Positions 31,701 through 45,582 of a stretch of DNA of 64,000 nt are shown here, piece after piece; position 1 is the stretch's first letter, and the number at the start of each line of letters is the position of its first letter. The notes under the pieces are model-generated. The model saw only the letters and a list, made by a program, of their open reading frames with translations. It did no database searches and had not been told where the DNA came from. The stretch is taken from contig OZ193909.1 in NCBI GenBank assembly GCA_964276515.1, positions 17,112,001 to 17,176,000 of the forward strand, written 5' to 3'. Both the position numbers and the translations under genes were made by a program. The DNA comes from Gordius albopunctatus. Taxonomy: Eukaryota.

Positions 31701-34700
31701 ACCATTTGGTGAAGATGTGGGGTGGGGTGATTGCACGTGTCTAATGGGGGAACAGCTGTTTTTTTGGTCAACCTACGGATTTAGTCAACTAAACATAATA
31801 ACTGATGTTTAGTTGACTAAAACCGTAGGTGGACAAAGCTGAACCCAGACGTATTTACAACACTAGCACGTGAGATAGCACAATAGGATGATTTTAACGC
31901 AAATATTAAAATGACGCTTGCTGTGCTGAGCCTCAAAAATGGTAAAGTCGGGGGGATTCATGAGCTGTACAAAAAAACTAGGGCAAGCCGTCAATGTTTA
32001 AAAATGTCAACGAGTGCAGATTTTAGGTTTACAATATAATTGTGAGTAGTTGAGTGAAAAGGAGAATAACTATACAAACATTTTTAGTAAAGCATTTAAA
32101 TTACACAACTAAGACAACAGCTAAAGAAAGTAATTGCAAAATTATAAAAATGTTCTTTTATAAAATAAATAATTGATAATAACTTATTCTAACATAGAGC
32201 TCTCGTTGTAGTAAGAACGCCACCAGGGTGGGACTTGGCGTATTTTCATATTTTTACCATCGCCTAAAACGTAAAAACATTTTAAAATAATTTTTATACC
32301 CTAATTTTTTATATTATAAAAATATAAAAAAATGGATATGTTTAATTTCTAATACAAGTCAATTTTTTATAAAAATTGCATGGGAAAAAAGAAAAATTGA
32401 TGGCATTAAAATTTCAAATTAGTTCGAGATGACCTTCTAACAATCATAAATTCAAACTAGGTCTCATCCTTATAATAGTAACAAGCCTAAGCCTTCCTAT
32501 TAAAGCCTGCTGCAAAATGGCCAGTTTTTAATGCAAACGCAAACAAATTAAAGAACATAACTGAAAGCTACTATTTCATAAAATAAAATAGGGGGAAAAG
32601 GGAATATTTATGGAGGAATATCATCGACTATAATTATGGTGAGTTTATAACATGGGCGTTGGCAAGATTAGATTATTTAAAGGGGGCCAATGATGATTTA
32701 GGAAGGGGTAAAATGATATTTTATGGATAATGAGATATTGTGATGATAAAGATATGAAGGAATCTTTAGCAATGCCTATTTGTGGAATTTTTAATTATGA
32801 TTAATAAGGAGATAATAGATTAATAGCCTAGTTATTAGCCGGACCGAGTGGACGTAAAAAGAGAGCAAAGGACTATGAATTATGTGAAATCATTATATCC
32901 GGATATGATTTACCAATTCGGTTTTGGTATACAACACTAAAACATGTAATTATAGCAATGATAAAATCAATAAAAGTCAGAATAATAAATTACACAATTT
33001 CATGTATTCACATATACGAAGAATGACTTAAAATAAAAACCTGTGTCTAGCACATTATTCATTTTATCCGTGGTTTTTGGAGGCGCTTTTAGACGTTCTT
33101 GGATTAGGGAATGAGCGGGCACTAATGTTTCCGTCAATACTCTCAAGGCCAGACGGCCACTCAGCTTGAAACGGACTAGTCGATTTTTCAACAAATTTAT
33201 GCGTACGCCGTCTGTGTGCAGAAAACGTAAACTATTAATTATCAAATAATATATTTAAATTTAAAAAATTTCAAAATAAATGCTTAAAATGCATGCGATT
33301 TGTGAATATATAAGAATATCTAAATGAATTTAATTAAAAGGGCCCTTAAAAACATTTCTAGGTCATGTAAATTTCGAAAAATTGTATATAATCAACTAAT
33401 TTTGTGTTTCCAAAGATAATTTTACCTTTTTGAAATGATTTAATTTCCGTTAGAGCATAATCTTTGTCCCGAGAGTACGGGACCTTTCGATCACGTGTTT
33501 TTCTCGCCTCGCCCTTAGGCGAATGAGGAGCCGGCAAATCCTGTAGCATTCAAATATATTTAAAATTTGAATTAGTCAAAAAAAGCCCGGCAATCGATTA
33601 GGAATTCGCGCCAAAATTAATATAAGGGTCAAAAGCTTGAAAATCCTATATGAAATCATCATCGATGAGATAACATGCTAAAGTTGACGACAAAATGAAA
33701 CCTCCAACTTGTCATATTCAATTAAGGGTATACACTTATAATAATTGAGGATCCCACACCCATCTAAGGTAAAATAAAAATGGCTGCTGGGTTTTGTTTG
33801 CTTTGGTCCATTTTATGATTAGTCGAGCAGTAAGAGCAGAGTTAGTCTTAGTGGAACCAAAGGTTGACCATTACAAAACGTAGCCGTTTTAAAACACTAC
33901 AATATATCAACAAACCTACAAAATTTAGGAAAACACCGAGAGCTAAAGCTATTGAAAATTTATAACCACCCATTCATTGTTTCTTAATCATAGCAAAAAT
34001 AGCAATGTTTTTTTACTTTCCGAGGTAAAAAAAGTAAAAATCTAGAAATATAACTTTTTGACTTTCGCGTTGGGGGGGAGTGGTTATGTTTAGGGCCACT
34101 TTTAAGGCTCGTAAAATTCGCTCCTCGCCTGGCTTAGGTGGGACTGCTTTAAGGTACGTTTCGACCTGAGTCCCCACTTCAAAGATGGCCCCCAACGTGC
34201 CCAACACTTCGTCATGGATGGATGGGTGAAGCCATAGATGCAAAACAAAGCGTAACTCTGAAATAATAAAAATGACCATAATTTTAAAAAACTATTGGAA
34301 GGAAAAGGAATTAATTCTATCATAAAATAAAGTTATAAACCAGTTTTAGGACAAAAGATTAAATTTTAATTGCTTTTGGTGGAAAAAAAATTAAAAATTC
34401 TATCTTAAAATAAGATTATAACCCAGTTTTAAGACAAAACATCTGCTTCTTATTTAATTATATCGTAAAATAAAATTATAATCAAGTTTTAACATAAAAT
34501 ATTTGCTTTTCATTGATTTTAGGGAAAACAATTTAAAAATTCTATCGCAAAAATAAATTATAAACCAGTTTTAATACAAAATATTTGCTTTTCATTGATT
34601 TTAGTATGATAGTAGAGGTCTAAATTAAGTTTAAAAAGTTTTAATGCTGAGTTGAAATGATAAATTTGTTTATTAAAAAAACCTATTTCACATTTTATTG

Positions 34701-36326
34701 AATATTTTAAAGCGATGAAAGTCTTAGTTTCAAAGGATCCATTTTTTGTCAAAATATTAATAAGAGACTTAATCAAAGCCGTGTATTAATGTACCATTGG
34801 TGTTATCATGACGGAAATAGTATGTAGTGGGACCCATTGCACGATTTGGATAAGAGTCAGGGTTAAAAAGAAAGGTGTGACGTTCCTTTATCATTGGGTC
34901 ATTTGGAAGAAGTGTAAATTCGGCATCTATCATATAAAAGATTTTAGAAACTCAGCATTTTTATTCAAAATTAATATTAAAAAAACCTACAATTTTCTGT
35001 ATTATGTATTTAAAAATTGTTATAAAAATGTATGCTAATATACAAAAATGAAATAAAAAAATTATACAATGAGATTGATTAATTAATTTAATTAAAAGGG
35101 AGATAGTAAAAAATCTTAAAATTTAAAGATGGTGGTTATATAATTAAAAAGTTTAAGATTATATATTAAATATGATAAAATATTGACCTGTAAATTTAGA
35201 TGTTAGGGTGGATAACTTAGTTCTCATGTAATCCAAATCCTGACAACAAATTTCAATGCAATTCATGTAGGAAACATCCTAAATCAAAAAATGTATTAAT
35301 CAAATTTAAATATATTTAAAAATATAGAATTACAAAGTTTTAAAAAATATTCAACCCAAAACATTTAAAATAATTGACTTTTAGATAAGATAGTTCAACA
35401 TAATTATATTAATATATCAAATTTTATGTTTTTTGTATTTAAGAGCATTAGATAAAAACTTAAATGATTTTTTAAAAGACTTTGCTAAATTATAATAAAG
35501 GTTTATATAAAAATTAAGAACTTACTTGTATTGTACAACCAAGGTTTGCTTGCCGAAGGCAATGTCTGTAGCATTTATCGTTTGGTTTGAAAGGTATAGA
35601 ATAATTCCATAATTTTTCAAGCTTAAACCTCTTTGCATGCCATATATGTGTTTCTAGCCATAAACCTTGCCCACTACATTGCCGCTTTGCAGAATTGAGT
35701 CTGAGTAGGCAAGGGTTTCTCCTCTTTCGCCTATTTGGTTCTTTTTGATCTAATGGTGCCGCAATGTTTTTATTTTTTTGATGGCCTTTTTGATCCATTG
35801 CTACCTTACAAATTTATTAGGAGAAATATAGTTTTTTTGTTAATTAATTATAAAAAAATTCAGGTATATCTTTTAATCATAATAACTAGAATTAATAAAA
35901 ATTATAATGATGTTTGAATCATTTATATATAATTTAGGAAATTTTAAATAAAAACTTGATAAATAGATATTATATATATTAAAGAAATTGATAACTTTTA
36001 AAATTAATAAATGTAGTGTAAATTAAATTAACCAAATGACAAATATAATCTCACCTTTCTGAGCCTTTTTGGTATTCTTCTAATATCATTACTTGCTGCT
36101 CTTCTAATCATATGCCTAGGCAATGTTTGAAATACATTCTTCCCACCTCCCTTTTTAGGATTAATAAGTAAACTTTTTAAGGTTTCTATCTCTCTAATTC
36201 GGCTCTGAACAAAAGAATTCACTTTGATCTCTTTGACTAAAAAAACGTTTTAAAATTAGAAAATTTAAGGCTTTTGTTTATAATAAAGTAAATTAGAAAT
36301 AATATTATACCTTTTTCATCTTCCAT
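25725..36326 (-). CDS. POP1: Ribonucleases P/MRP protein subunit POP1, about 16 exons: 36326-36311, 36236-36055, 35804-35526, ~35278-35188, ~34926-34794, ~34257, ~33540, ~33211, ~32260, ~31379, ~31042, ~30272, ~29480, ~28315, ~27527, ~26447-25725
   Basis: FQTLPRHMIRRAAS, WLETHIWHAKRF, DVSY, YPNRAMGP, LWLHPS, VRDPR, GWDLVLPSSWAMPFW, FPEHYPD, RPPKCRTNY and LGFTVSG motifs occur in the POP1 order. Internal exon limits are approximate. Confidence 0.93.
27751..27893. mobile_element. hAT-type MITE (CATGGGC family) in a POP1 intron
   Basis: CATGAGCATAGCCA...TGGCTACGACGCCCATG ends; degenerate TSD ACTTACAG/ACTAACAC. Confidence 0.72.
30745..30932. mobile_element. 188-bp MITE of the TAGAGTTGTTAAATTGCTAA hAT family in a POP1 intron
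   Basis: 20-bp TIR shared with 52767-63212; TSD CTTAAAAG/CTTAAAAA. Confidence 0.88.
31770..31832. repeat. Near-perfect inverted repeat (hairpin), probably a MITE core
   Basis: ACCTACGGATTTAGTCAACTAAACAT ... ATGTTTAGTTGACTAAAACCGTAGGT. Confidence 0.7.
34320..34610. repeat. Degenerate AT-rich tandem repeat in a POP1 intron
   Basis: Recurrent AAAATAAATTATAAACCAGTTTTAA..CAAAA units. Confidence 0.6.
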
Positions 36327-36932
36327 GTTTTTTAAATGTTTTTAAATTTAATAGCAAGTAAACACGATTCAAAACATAGCGGGCACAATTAGTTTCATAC
36401 AGTGGAAATCCTGGAAATCGTATAAGTGATAATCGAATGAAAGGTTTTTAAGTGATAAGTAGCCGCAAAGTTTTGGACACAAAACTTATCTTTTATGCTA
36501 AATTTGATTATAAATAGTATAATTCGATAAATATTAATTATCATTCTCAGATAAGGGTTAAAAATTTGAGTAAATTTGTATTTTTAATGTGCACATTTTA
36601 TTGCTTAGGCCCATTAAAATCATTTATTATTATATTTTTAAAATAGCTTAAAAGATTTAAAATGAATAAGAAAAGCTCCCTAAATATATAAATTAAAATA
36701 ATAAAAAAATCTAAAGTGTTATGTGAAGGAAAGTAAGAAAAAATGGAGTTTGCCATAGTGCAGCTTAATTGCAAACAAGTGCCTCTTATGTCTTAACAAA
36801 AAAATGTTTATAAATAGCTTATTATTTAATTTAGTTTAACTCTCTTTATCGGAATTGTTGGAAAAAGCATATTAGAAGTGCATTAAATATTTCATTATTG
36901 CTAATCAGGATAAAACATATTTCTTAAGTGTC

Positions 36933-37068
36933 TAATTAGGATAAAAATGATAGTTTTATTAAGATTTCACATTGTATTATATAGTTTGTTTATGGGGACT
37001 AGGAAAAATAATTAAAATTATTTAATAAAATGTGAAATTTTAATAAAACTATCATTTTTTATCCTAAT
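36933..37068. repeat. Inverted repeat with ~40-bp arms, MITE-like
   Basis: ATTAGGATAAAAATGATAGTTTTATTAAGATTTCACATT is mirrored by AATGTGAAATTTTAATAAAACTATCATTTTTTATCCTAAT. Confidence 0.65.
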
Positions 37069-38018
37069 CAGAACTTAGCGATTCAGGGGATTATCCAAAA
37101 ACTGTCTAACACTAAAAGCTTTTCCCGCAACCTATGATAAATAGACGACGGTTAATTAGTGGGCTCCGCAAACGATATAAGCCAAATACTGCCGATTATG
37201 GATCTTTTTCATATCCGATAGGCCTCGACTCAACCACCTGAAATGTGAAATTTACAGCAGGAATACCTCAATAGATCTCTCAACATTCCCCTTTCCCATC
37301 CTCACTCTTAACCAGTTCAGCCACCTAGGCGCAACGCTGGGTGAGCTTATATCTTTACACCAAATATTTAACTTCTATAGAGACCGTCAAACCTACCCCG
37401 CAGGAACATACCCTTCAATAATTAGAATTTGATTAAGGTCAATGGCATTTTGTCGCCAATAGAATGCCTCGACACTCTATCATCTGTCATGTTCATATAA
37501 AAGGCATTACCTGATAAAATTCCACATTTTACATAATAGCCTATCTACTGAAACCGCCTGCATGAATAAGGGAAGTTTTACAAAGCTAAATAGGCTAAAT
37601 ACTTTAGGAACTTGTATGTCGTGTCAGAATATCAATAAATGGATTGGCAAAAATCACATTTTTGTTATATTTTCATTTAATAGATCTGTTAATGCTACTT
37701 TAAATAAGTAGCGCGCTACAATATTTTAATACATTTATAAAATCAAAGCAAAAATTATTTATTATATTAAAAAATTCATTTTAGAGTGGTTCACGGTGAA
37801 CACAAATGTATTTTTAATTTTTCACTCTTAACTTTAAAATTAATTATGCTAGAATAAAAAATTATGTAATGGATTCCTTTCCCCTTTATTTGTAAATTAA
37901 ATTTATCAAATTAAAATCTTATCCATTAATTTGTAAATAATTGTCGTTTTGAAAACGCCAAAATAGCTGTTTTTTCAAAAATTTACCCACTTAACGCCTC
38001 CCACTATTCGCCAAAAAA

Positions 38019-41000
38019 ATGAAATTGCAAGTAGCATCTCCTAACGTAAATACTGTCAAGGACAAATGGGATGACATACTAACCTTCATGAAAATCCACA
38101 ATAAAGATGTCCTCCTTCTACAGCAAACCAGAATCAAAGAAGATGGCTTACATAAGTTTCATGGTTTCACATCATATAATTCATGTGCAAAAACAGAGAA
38201 TGGTGCAGGAGTCTCCATAGTAGTTAAGAACTCACTCCATATTATCTCCCACAACCCCGTCTCCCCGAGAATCATTACATTAACCCTTGAGATTAACAAA
38301 AACAGACGGCTAACCTTTATTAACATTTATTGCCCTACCTCAAACTATCAAAAAAAATCGTTGAATTTTTTCAAAACATCCACCATCAAATATCCTATCT
38401 CCCCAAAAAAGACATTAAAATCCTTATAGGAGACTTCAACGCTTCTGTGGAATCATCCCCAAACTTCCACCCCTCATGTGTGAGACCTAATAACCTTGGC
38501 CACACCAACAGAAATGGCAAAATCCTGATAAAGTGGTGTAATGAACACAAATGGTCCATTAGATCAAATTTCTCCACATTAAACCCCAACGAACTAGCGA
38601 CCTACAAGAGGTCTGATAGGGCCACAGGCTCTCAAATTGACCACATCCTTACCGAATTCAAATACAAAAAGATTGTTAGAAATTACGCATCCTACCCTAA
38701 CCCTTACATATCATCGGACCACCACACGTTAGAGGCAGATATCTATACCACGTCAGCATCGCTACATAACACCTCAAAAAAGTCTCGCGTAACTCCATTG
38801 CCACGCCCAAATGACACTGAGAGTATTAAATTATTCAACGAGAACCTGCAAAAGAGAATTGAGTCAACACCACAACCAATTAACATGACCATCGAAGAAC
38901 AAAGCGCTTGGTTAACAGAAAGCCTAATCGCATCATCGCGCAACTTAAAACCCACCCCTACCATAACAAATATCTCTCCTTTGAATCCCTTCGCCTTATG
39001 GATGAGAGTGGCGCTATAACCAGGTCATCAGCCAAATTTAAGAAAGAACGTCTTAAAGCAATCAACAAGCTTATAAAGGCCAGTGTGCAACGCGACAAGA
39101 GGATATACGCGGCGGATATAATAAAAGAAGCAGAGGTTGCAAGTAGAAAAAAACAATACTCACAATCTTTATAAAAAGGTTAAATCCCTAACTAAAGGCT
39201 TGAACCTAAGCTACAACCTGCATCCGATTGCAACCTCCAACCCCAGACCCAAAGATTCCATAGCCCAACTGGAATCATGGGAAAAACGCTTCCGCGACAT
39301 TCTTTCCTTCCCGACCCCATTCCCATATACAGATATTTATGCAGGATTTATCAAGGGATTCAAAGGTCCTGGCGAGGCCAACATAGATTATCAACCCCCT
39401 AGTGGTTACGAGATCATGCGAACAATAAAAAAACTTAGGAACCACAAAGCTACCGACAAAGAAGGAATCTCAGCCGAACTTTACAAGGCCAATCCAAAAA
39501 CCTCTTCCCAGCTCCTACAACCATTATTCGAAAGGATATGGACGAACGAACAACTGCCCGAATCATGGTCAAGCAGTGTTCTGATAAAAATCTTCAAAAA
39601 AGGCAACCACCTTGACCCCAATAACTACAGAGGTATAACATTAATTAATGCCACCTCAAAAATCTTCATAAACATACTCTACTACAGAGTTAAATCGCAC
39701 ATGGTCAATAAAATAAATCACAAACAAGCAGGCTTCAGAAGCTCGCGCACAACAACCGGAACTTGATTGATAAATCGAATTGCGCGAAAAGCTCCCTGTA
39801 CATGCTCTTCCTTGACATCTCCAAAGCATTTGACTCGATCCAACAATTATATATATCGGAAACCCTTTGTCTACTGGCACTACCAACAAAAATCATAAGA
39901 CTTATTTTCATGCTTTATGAAAACCAAAAACTCTTTGTCATACATTACCAACTGCTCTCAAATCCCATCATTCCAAACTCAGGTGTTACGCAGGGGTGCC
40001 GCTTATCCCCTCTGATCTTCATCTCGGTTTTGAATCTAATACTGAAGAGATCGTTATTCCCAAGAGATGGCTTGCTGTTGAGTAACAACACGAGGATCTC
40101 ATATCTTCTGTTTGCCGATGATGTCTGCTTAATTTCCGACTTATTTTCCAATATTCTCAAGAAGCAGCCCGAGGAGGCCTGATCATCAATGCAGGAAAAT
40201 CCACACTACTTGCCCTTAACCCGCAACCCAATGCGAGTATCATGAGCCATACTTCTATTATCAAACCCTCGGACTAAGTTAAATACCTTGGTGTTTCTCT
40301 GTGCGCGGACAAGCACACCACGCTAGATGTCTCAGAAAAAATAACAAAGGCTACCAACAGGTTCAAACAATGCAACAAAATTTGGAACTGCAAAATGTTC
40401 TCAAGAAACACCAAACTTCACCTATACAAAACCTTAATTCTCCCAGTACTCTTTTACGGCTGCGAGACCTGGAATCTCAAGGCAAGCTCAATCAAAAACA
40501 TACAAAACAAAATGTTTAGAATTGTCTGGTAGAATCAAATCTTCTACCCAAGAATAATTAGGAATCAGAATTTATGGTTTCTATGCAAACTTCCCCCGGT
40601 CAAATACATGATTTTGGTTAAAAAGGGGAACTTTCTAGCACACCAGTTTCGGAGAGGCTCCCCCAACCTCTGCATATCCACTTTACTGTGGAGACCCCCC
40701 CCCCAATTAGGATACCGGAAATGCCGTGGGACCTGGACCAAGAGAATTAAACGGCATAGTTTTTCAACTCGGCCAACTAGATGCGATCTTCTTAGACAGG
40801 AACGCTTGGAAAAAGTTTTTCACCAACCAGCTAGCCTACAAATTTCCTGCCAACACACCAAAAAATTGATTACCATCCATAAACCACCATGCCCTCTTCC
40901 TGCAGTCTGACAATATTCAAGCAGGTACCAGTGTGCAATCAATCGAGACTAACTATCGCTTATTTCCAGTAATTGCCGTAGATGGTATGTAAATTTTTTT

Positions 41001-41160
41001 GCTTGACTTATGATTTTTATATAAACCGAGTGTGCTGCCTAACGATTTGCGGCACCTGTATGCCTCTACTATTGTGACATCTAGTCTAATAGGCCCTCAT
41101 AAACATTTCTAAAGATGTAGACTCTCACACGTCCTAACCCGAGTAAGTAAGTAGGTAAGT
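38019..41160 (+). mobile_element. Divergent RTE-like LINE (endonuclease + RT), frameshifted, with (AGTA)n tail
   Basis: LQQTR, GDFNA, SQIDH, SDH (APE); NYRGITL, FLDISKAFD, GVTQGCRLSP, LFADD, YGCETW; tail AGTAAGTAAGTAGGTAAGT at 41142-41160. Confidence 0.9.
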
Positions 41161-41689
41161 TTGCCGCGAAGACGCCCAAGAGCTTAGTTAGTGCAATCTA
41201 AGGTTGAGCCCCTTCTAACGCCAAATGGCTCATCAGGCCACGTTAGTGATAACGTCTGTAAATCCTTTCAATTCAACTCACAAACGTTCAGTTCGTAAAT
41301 CGTTAACAGGAGTTAACGATCGTTAACCCTTTTTATCTGACCAATCAGATCGCTGCGCATTTATCAGATTTTTAATAATGCGCATGCGTATGCATTTAAC
41401 AATTTATGTTGCACTATTGTCATATATGATGTTGTATATGTGAATACGTATATTTGTATATCATTTTCTACTACAGATTATATTATTGCTATAATTATAT
41501 ATTTTAATATTGTAACCAAAATCCGAGTTGGTAATTAACATATGTTTTCATTGTTATCCTAATAATAATATATTTTTCTCTAGTTCCCCACCCCGGCCTT
41601 AGTACCAATAAAATGATCTTATTATGAGTTGATTATTTCTAATTTTATTATATTATTTCTTATTTAAATAACTATACAACTATATTTCC

Positions 41690-42690
41690 TTAAATATCAA
41701 AATTTATTCCAATATGAAAGGTTATTAAATATAAAAAATTATCCTAATATCAAAGGCTATTAAATATCAAAAATTATCCCAATATCAAAGGTTATTTCTA
41801 CTATTTGGTAATTTCTCAAATACATTATCTAAGATATGTTTGTAACTCTGTATCACTTATTATAACAACAACTTGAATAAAATTATTTGCCAAAATGTGT
41901 ATTGTATTATGATTATATAAGTATTTAAGTTTAAGATTTGTACTTACCAAAAGTTAATGTCCTGTTTATATAGATTTTCAGGGTTAGATACTTTTATTTT
42001 TAAATTTGCCCAAATGTATATATTATTTATAGAATTATATAAGTATTTAAGTTTAATATTTGTAATATTTACCAAAATTTTGTCATGTTTATTAATATTT
42101 TTAGGGTTAGAAACTGTTATTTTTAAGTTTGACAAAATGTATATAATATTTATAGGATTATATAGGTGTTTAAGTTTAAGATTTGTAATACTTATCATAA
42201 TGTTAAACAATTTTTGCTGCACTTTAAAACTCTAATTCTTTAAATATCAAAAGATTTGTAATACTTATCATAATTTTAAACAATTTTTGCTTCACTTTAA
42301 AACTATAATTCTTTAAATATCAAAAATTATCCCAATATCAAAGAGAATTTCTACTATTTGGTAATTTTCAAATACATTATTCTAAGATATGTTTGTAACT
42401 CTGTATCACTTATTATAACAACAACTTGAATAAAATTATTTGCCAAAATGTGTATTGTATTATGATTATATAAGTATTTAAGTTTAAGATTTGTACTTAC
42501 CAAAAGTTAATGTCATGTTTTTATAGATTTTCAGAGTTAGATACTGTTATTTTTAAATTTGCCCAAATGTATATAATATTTATAGGATTATATAAGTATT
42601 TAGGTTTAAGATTTGTAATACTTACCAAAATGTTATTGTCATGTTAATATAGATTTTTAGGGTTATAAACTGTTACTTTTTAAATTATAT
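41690..42690. repeat. AT-rich complex tandem repeat: ~120-bp units within a ~550-bp duplication
   Basis: 41760-42050 recurs at 42315-42610; repeated TATAAGTATTTAAGTTTAAGATTTGTA motif. Confidence 0.8.
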
Positions 42691-42989
42691 ATTAAAATAG
42701 TTGTTTTAAATAAAACTAACTCCCTATTTGATAATTAAGTGGTGTATTCTTTGACCAAGATATCAGAGTTTAAGCCATTTAATTTATGTTATTTAGATGG
42801 TGGTTCTCTTACCCAAGGTTTTAGACTAAGTCTATAATGGCTTCTATTTTAATAATCAATTCTTTCCTTAATTTTAAGATTAAGCTTTATATTTAAAAAA
42901 AACCATAAATTCATATTAAGTTTCTATTCATAAGGTAGAGATAGCGTTAAATGCACTGCGAAAATTTTAATAATGAAAGAGTAAGGCGG

Positions 42990-44397
42990 TTATACTTCTT
43001 TTTTAGGATACGCGGTGTGTATTAGACCTGACGGGTTGGCCGCTTTGTGGGATTTGATAGCTCTGTCAATTTCAGATAAATAGGGTGGGTCCGTATCGAT
43101 GTGGAGGGGTGGTGGGCCTTTGAAGTTAAAGATAAATCCTCTGTATATATCCACTACAGGGAATAAGGGCTGGGCGATAAAATTGAACGAAAATGGTCTT
43201 CCCAAGCTTTGGTTTGGGCGAAGGAGTCGTTGGAGCCGCCAACTGTGTTTATGCTGTTGTAGGCTCGTTTGGAGAATGTGTTATAGTTAAGGCTGTCTAG
43301 AATGGTAAATAGCTGGTGATTGTTATTGGAACGTGCTGCCGCTTCGGCCTCTGTGGTTTTTGCGCTTGCTGAGAGCGGATAAGCATGCGTTTTTGAAAGG
43401 AAACTCATTTCTATCAAAGTAGATGTTAGATTTTGTCTTGAGGAGCTCAATTGTTTTTTCTGAAAACCATGTCTTTGTTATAATTCGACACTGGTCCTTC
43501 AAGGGAATTGTAAATATTTCTGATATTTTTATGCTGTGGTCGTTTTTCGACAGGTCGGAAAGATTGTTATTTTGGATTTTTAGGTGAAGGTGGTCCATAA
43601 ATTCAGTGGTTGTGGACAGACCTTGCGTGTCGAAGGAACCCATAGGGTGGCTGCTTTCAACACTAGTTCAGCGGCTATTGCACAATGGTCAGCGTCATCG
43701 GTGAGGGGGTCCACAATTACATGAATGTTTTTGAGAATTTTTAGATGCCTTGACCTACAGATCAGATGGTCTATTTGGCTTGATTGCAAGTTGTTTTTTT
43801 CCGGAAGGTGGCCAGCCGATTATAGGGAAGATCTGAGAATGTTGAAGTAATTCGCCAATTTCCCATGTTGCACCATTTTTTTAGAATATTACCGTTTTTG
43901 TTGTTGGAGCCTAAGGTTTTAGGGCCTATTAAATTATGGTTGTCACGGTCAGTGCGCTCGACGGATGAATTCAAGTCGCCAATTATAATTGGCTCCGACT
44001 TGCGGCTTAATTTTTTGATTTTGTCAGAGAGAAGACTGAACAATTCGTTAATAACCTTAGTTTTGTAGGAGGATGTAGGGGCATAAACGTTTATCACCGA
44101 CACCACACGTACCCCTATTGTTAGATTGATTATAAGAATCCTTTCATTTACCCAGTCGGTACTCAGAACGGGAAGACGTTTATTTATGAAAGTTGAAACC
44201 CCTGTTTCTGGATTATCTGTAAAACCCACGTGGTAAAGGGTGTACTCTGAGCTGCTGTCGATTCTAGAATGAGGAATCCGCGTCTGCTGTAGACATAGGA
44301 TGTCGAGTTTATGGTTTCTTGCATATGTTAACATCATCTGTTGTTTGCCTTGGATCATAAGGGAATTTATATTTATAGAAGCTATTTTGATCTTCAT
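42990..44397 (-). mobile_element. 3'-truncated RTE-like LINE (endonuclease and linker), related to 38019-41160
   Basis: MKIKIASININSL, CLQQTR, NVYAPT, GDLNS, SQIDH, ADH motifs; frameshifts; ends before the RT core. Confidence 0.88.
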
Positions 44398-44650
44398 TAG
44401 CGGTTAAGTTAGTGTGGACGAGGTAGGGGAAGAAATTATGGTCGGGTGACTTGAACTCTCTTAAATTTATATATTTTGAGGTGTCGAGTTGCAGACTACA
44501 AGCCCTAACCCAATAGTATGATGAAGTATTAATTAAACGGTTTCAACTTAGATTGCACTAACTAAGCTCTTGGGCGTCTTCGCGGCAAACTTACCTACTT
44601 ACTTACTCGGGTTAGGACGTGTGAGAGTCTACATCTTTAGAAATGTTTAT

Positions 44651-44850
44651 NNNNNNNNNNNNNNNNNNNNNNNNNNNNNNNNNNNNNNNNNNNNNNNNNN
44701 NNNNNNNNNNNNNNNNNNNNNNNNNNNNNNNNNNNNNNNNNNNNNNNNNNNNNNNNNNNNNNNNNNNNNNNNNNNNNNNNNNNNNNNNNNNNNNNNNNNN
44801 NNNNNNNNNNNNNNNNNNNNNNNNNNNNNNNNNNNNNNNNNNNNNNNNNN
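44651..44850. other. Assembly gap (200 N)
   Basis: Run of N. Confidence 1.
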
Positions 44851-45345
44851 AATTACACTTGAAATGTGTTGTTTGTAAACTTACATCTAATGCTTGTATT
44901 CACAAATGAAGATGAAGTTATTATAGGTGGAGGTCCTCGGACTTGTGAGACATTACCTACATAGATGAATTAGAAAGAATTACACTTGAAATGTTTTGTT
45001 TCAAAAAAATGACTCAGAATTTTGAACCTAAAACCGATATAAACTTAAACATATGGAAATTTACATTAAAGCTTAAGTTAAATTATAACATTTGAATAAA
45101 GGATTAGATTTTAAGTGGTATAAAAAATATATTTTTTTAATATATTCTTTTCAAACATATCTTACATATTGATGTATTGCTGATGGAAGGGTTATGACCA
45201 CTATTATTAGCCCGTACATTTCGGATAATATCTTAAAAAGTTTGTAACATAACAATCAATCTAATAGTTAACTCTAAACTTACTTGGTATATTTTCAATG
45301 TTGAGGGTCTGCAATGGTGCACATGAAGGAATTTGAGGGGGTAAG

Positions 45346-45582
45346 TTAGGGGAGGCTATAAGAAATAAAATTAAATTTTATATCATTACTTCTATGTGGG
45401 ATATAGTCATGTTGGTGTGTCAGGTTAAATTGCGAATTATGATAAATTGCTCTAGCTCCACATTTTTGCGTCCTACATCTATATTCCTGCATTTTTTTCC
45501 CCACTTTTATATTGACGTATTGAAAATCACCAAATACCAGAATTGGTTTTTGATTTGGGGATAATATAAATTCAATAGACAT
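45346..45582 (-). CDS. Small FLYWCH/WRKY-like zinc-finger ORF, transposon-derived
   Basis: FILSPNQKPILVFGDFQY...YRCRTQKCGARA...HQHD resembles the FLYWCH N-terminus of MULE transposases. Confidence 0.6.
   Translation of the reverse strand: MSIEFILSPNQKPILVFGDFQYVNIKVGKKMQEYRCRTQKCGARAIYHNSQFNLTHQHDYIPHRSNDIKFNFISYSLP

Noticed and set aside
34808..35038. Plus-strand 76-aa ORF
   Set aside because: Antisense to a POP1 exon (KERHTFLFNPDSYPNRAMGP).
41205..41260. Minus-strand CUGAUGA-GCCA-UU-UGGC, resembling a hammerhead ribozyme core
   Set aside because: GUUA follows stem II instead of the required GAAA, and I could not form stems I and III.
41944..42235. Repetitive ORFs on both strands
   Set aside because: Low-complexity translations of an AT-rich tandem repeat; GTAAGT motifs occur on the minus strand, but I could not build a consistent exon chain.
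44570..44909. ORFs spanning the N run
   Set aside because: Artefacts of the assembly gap.
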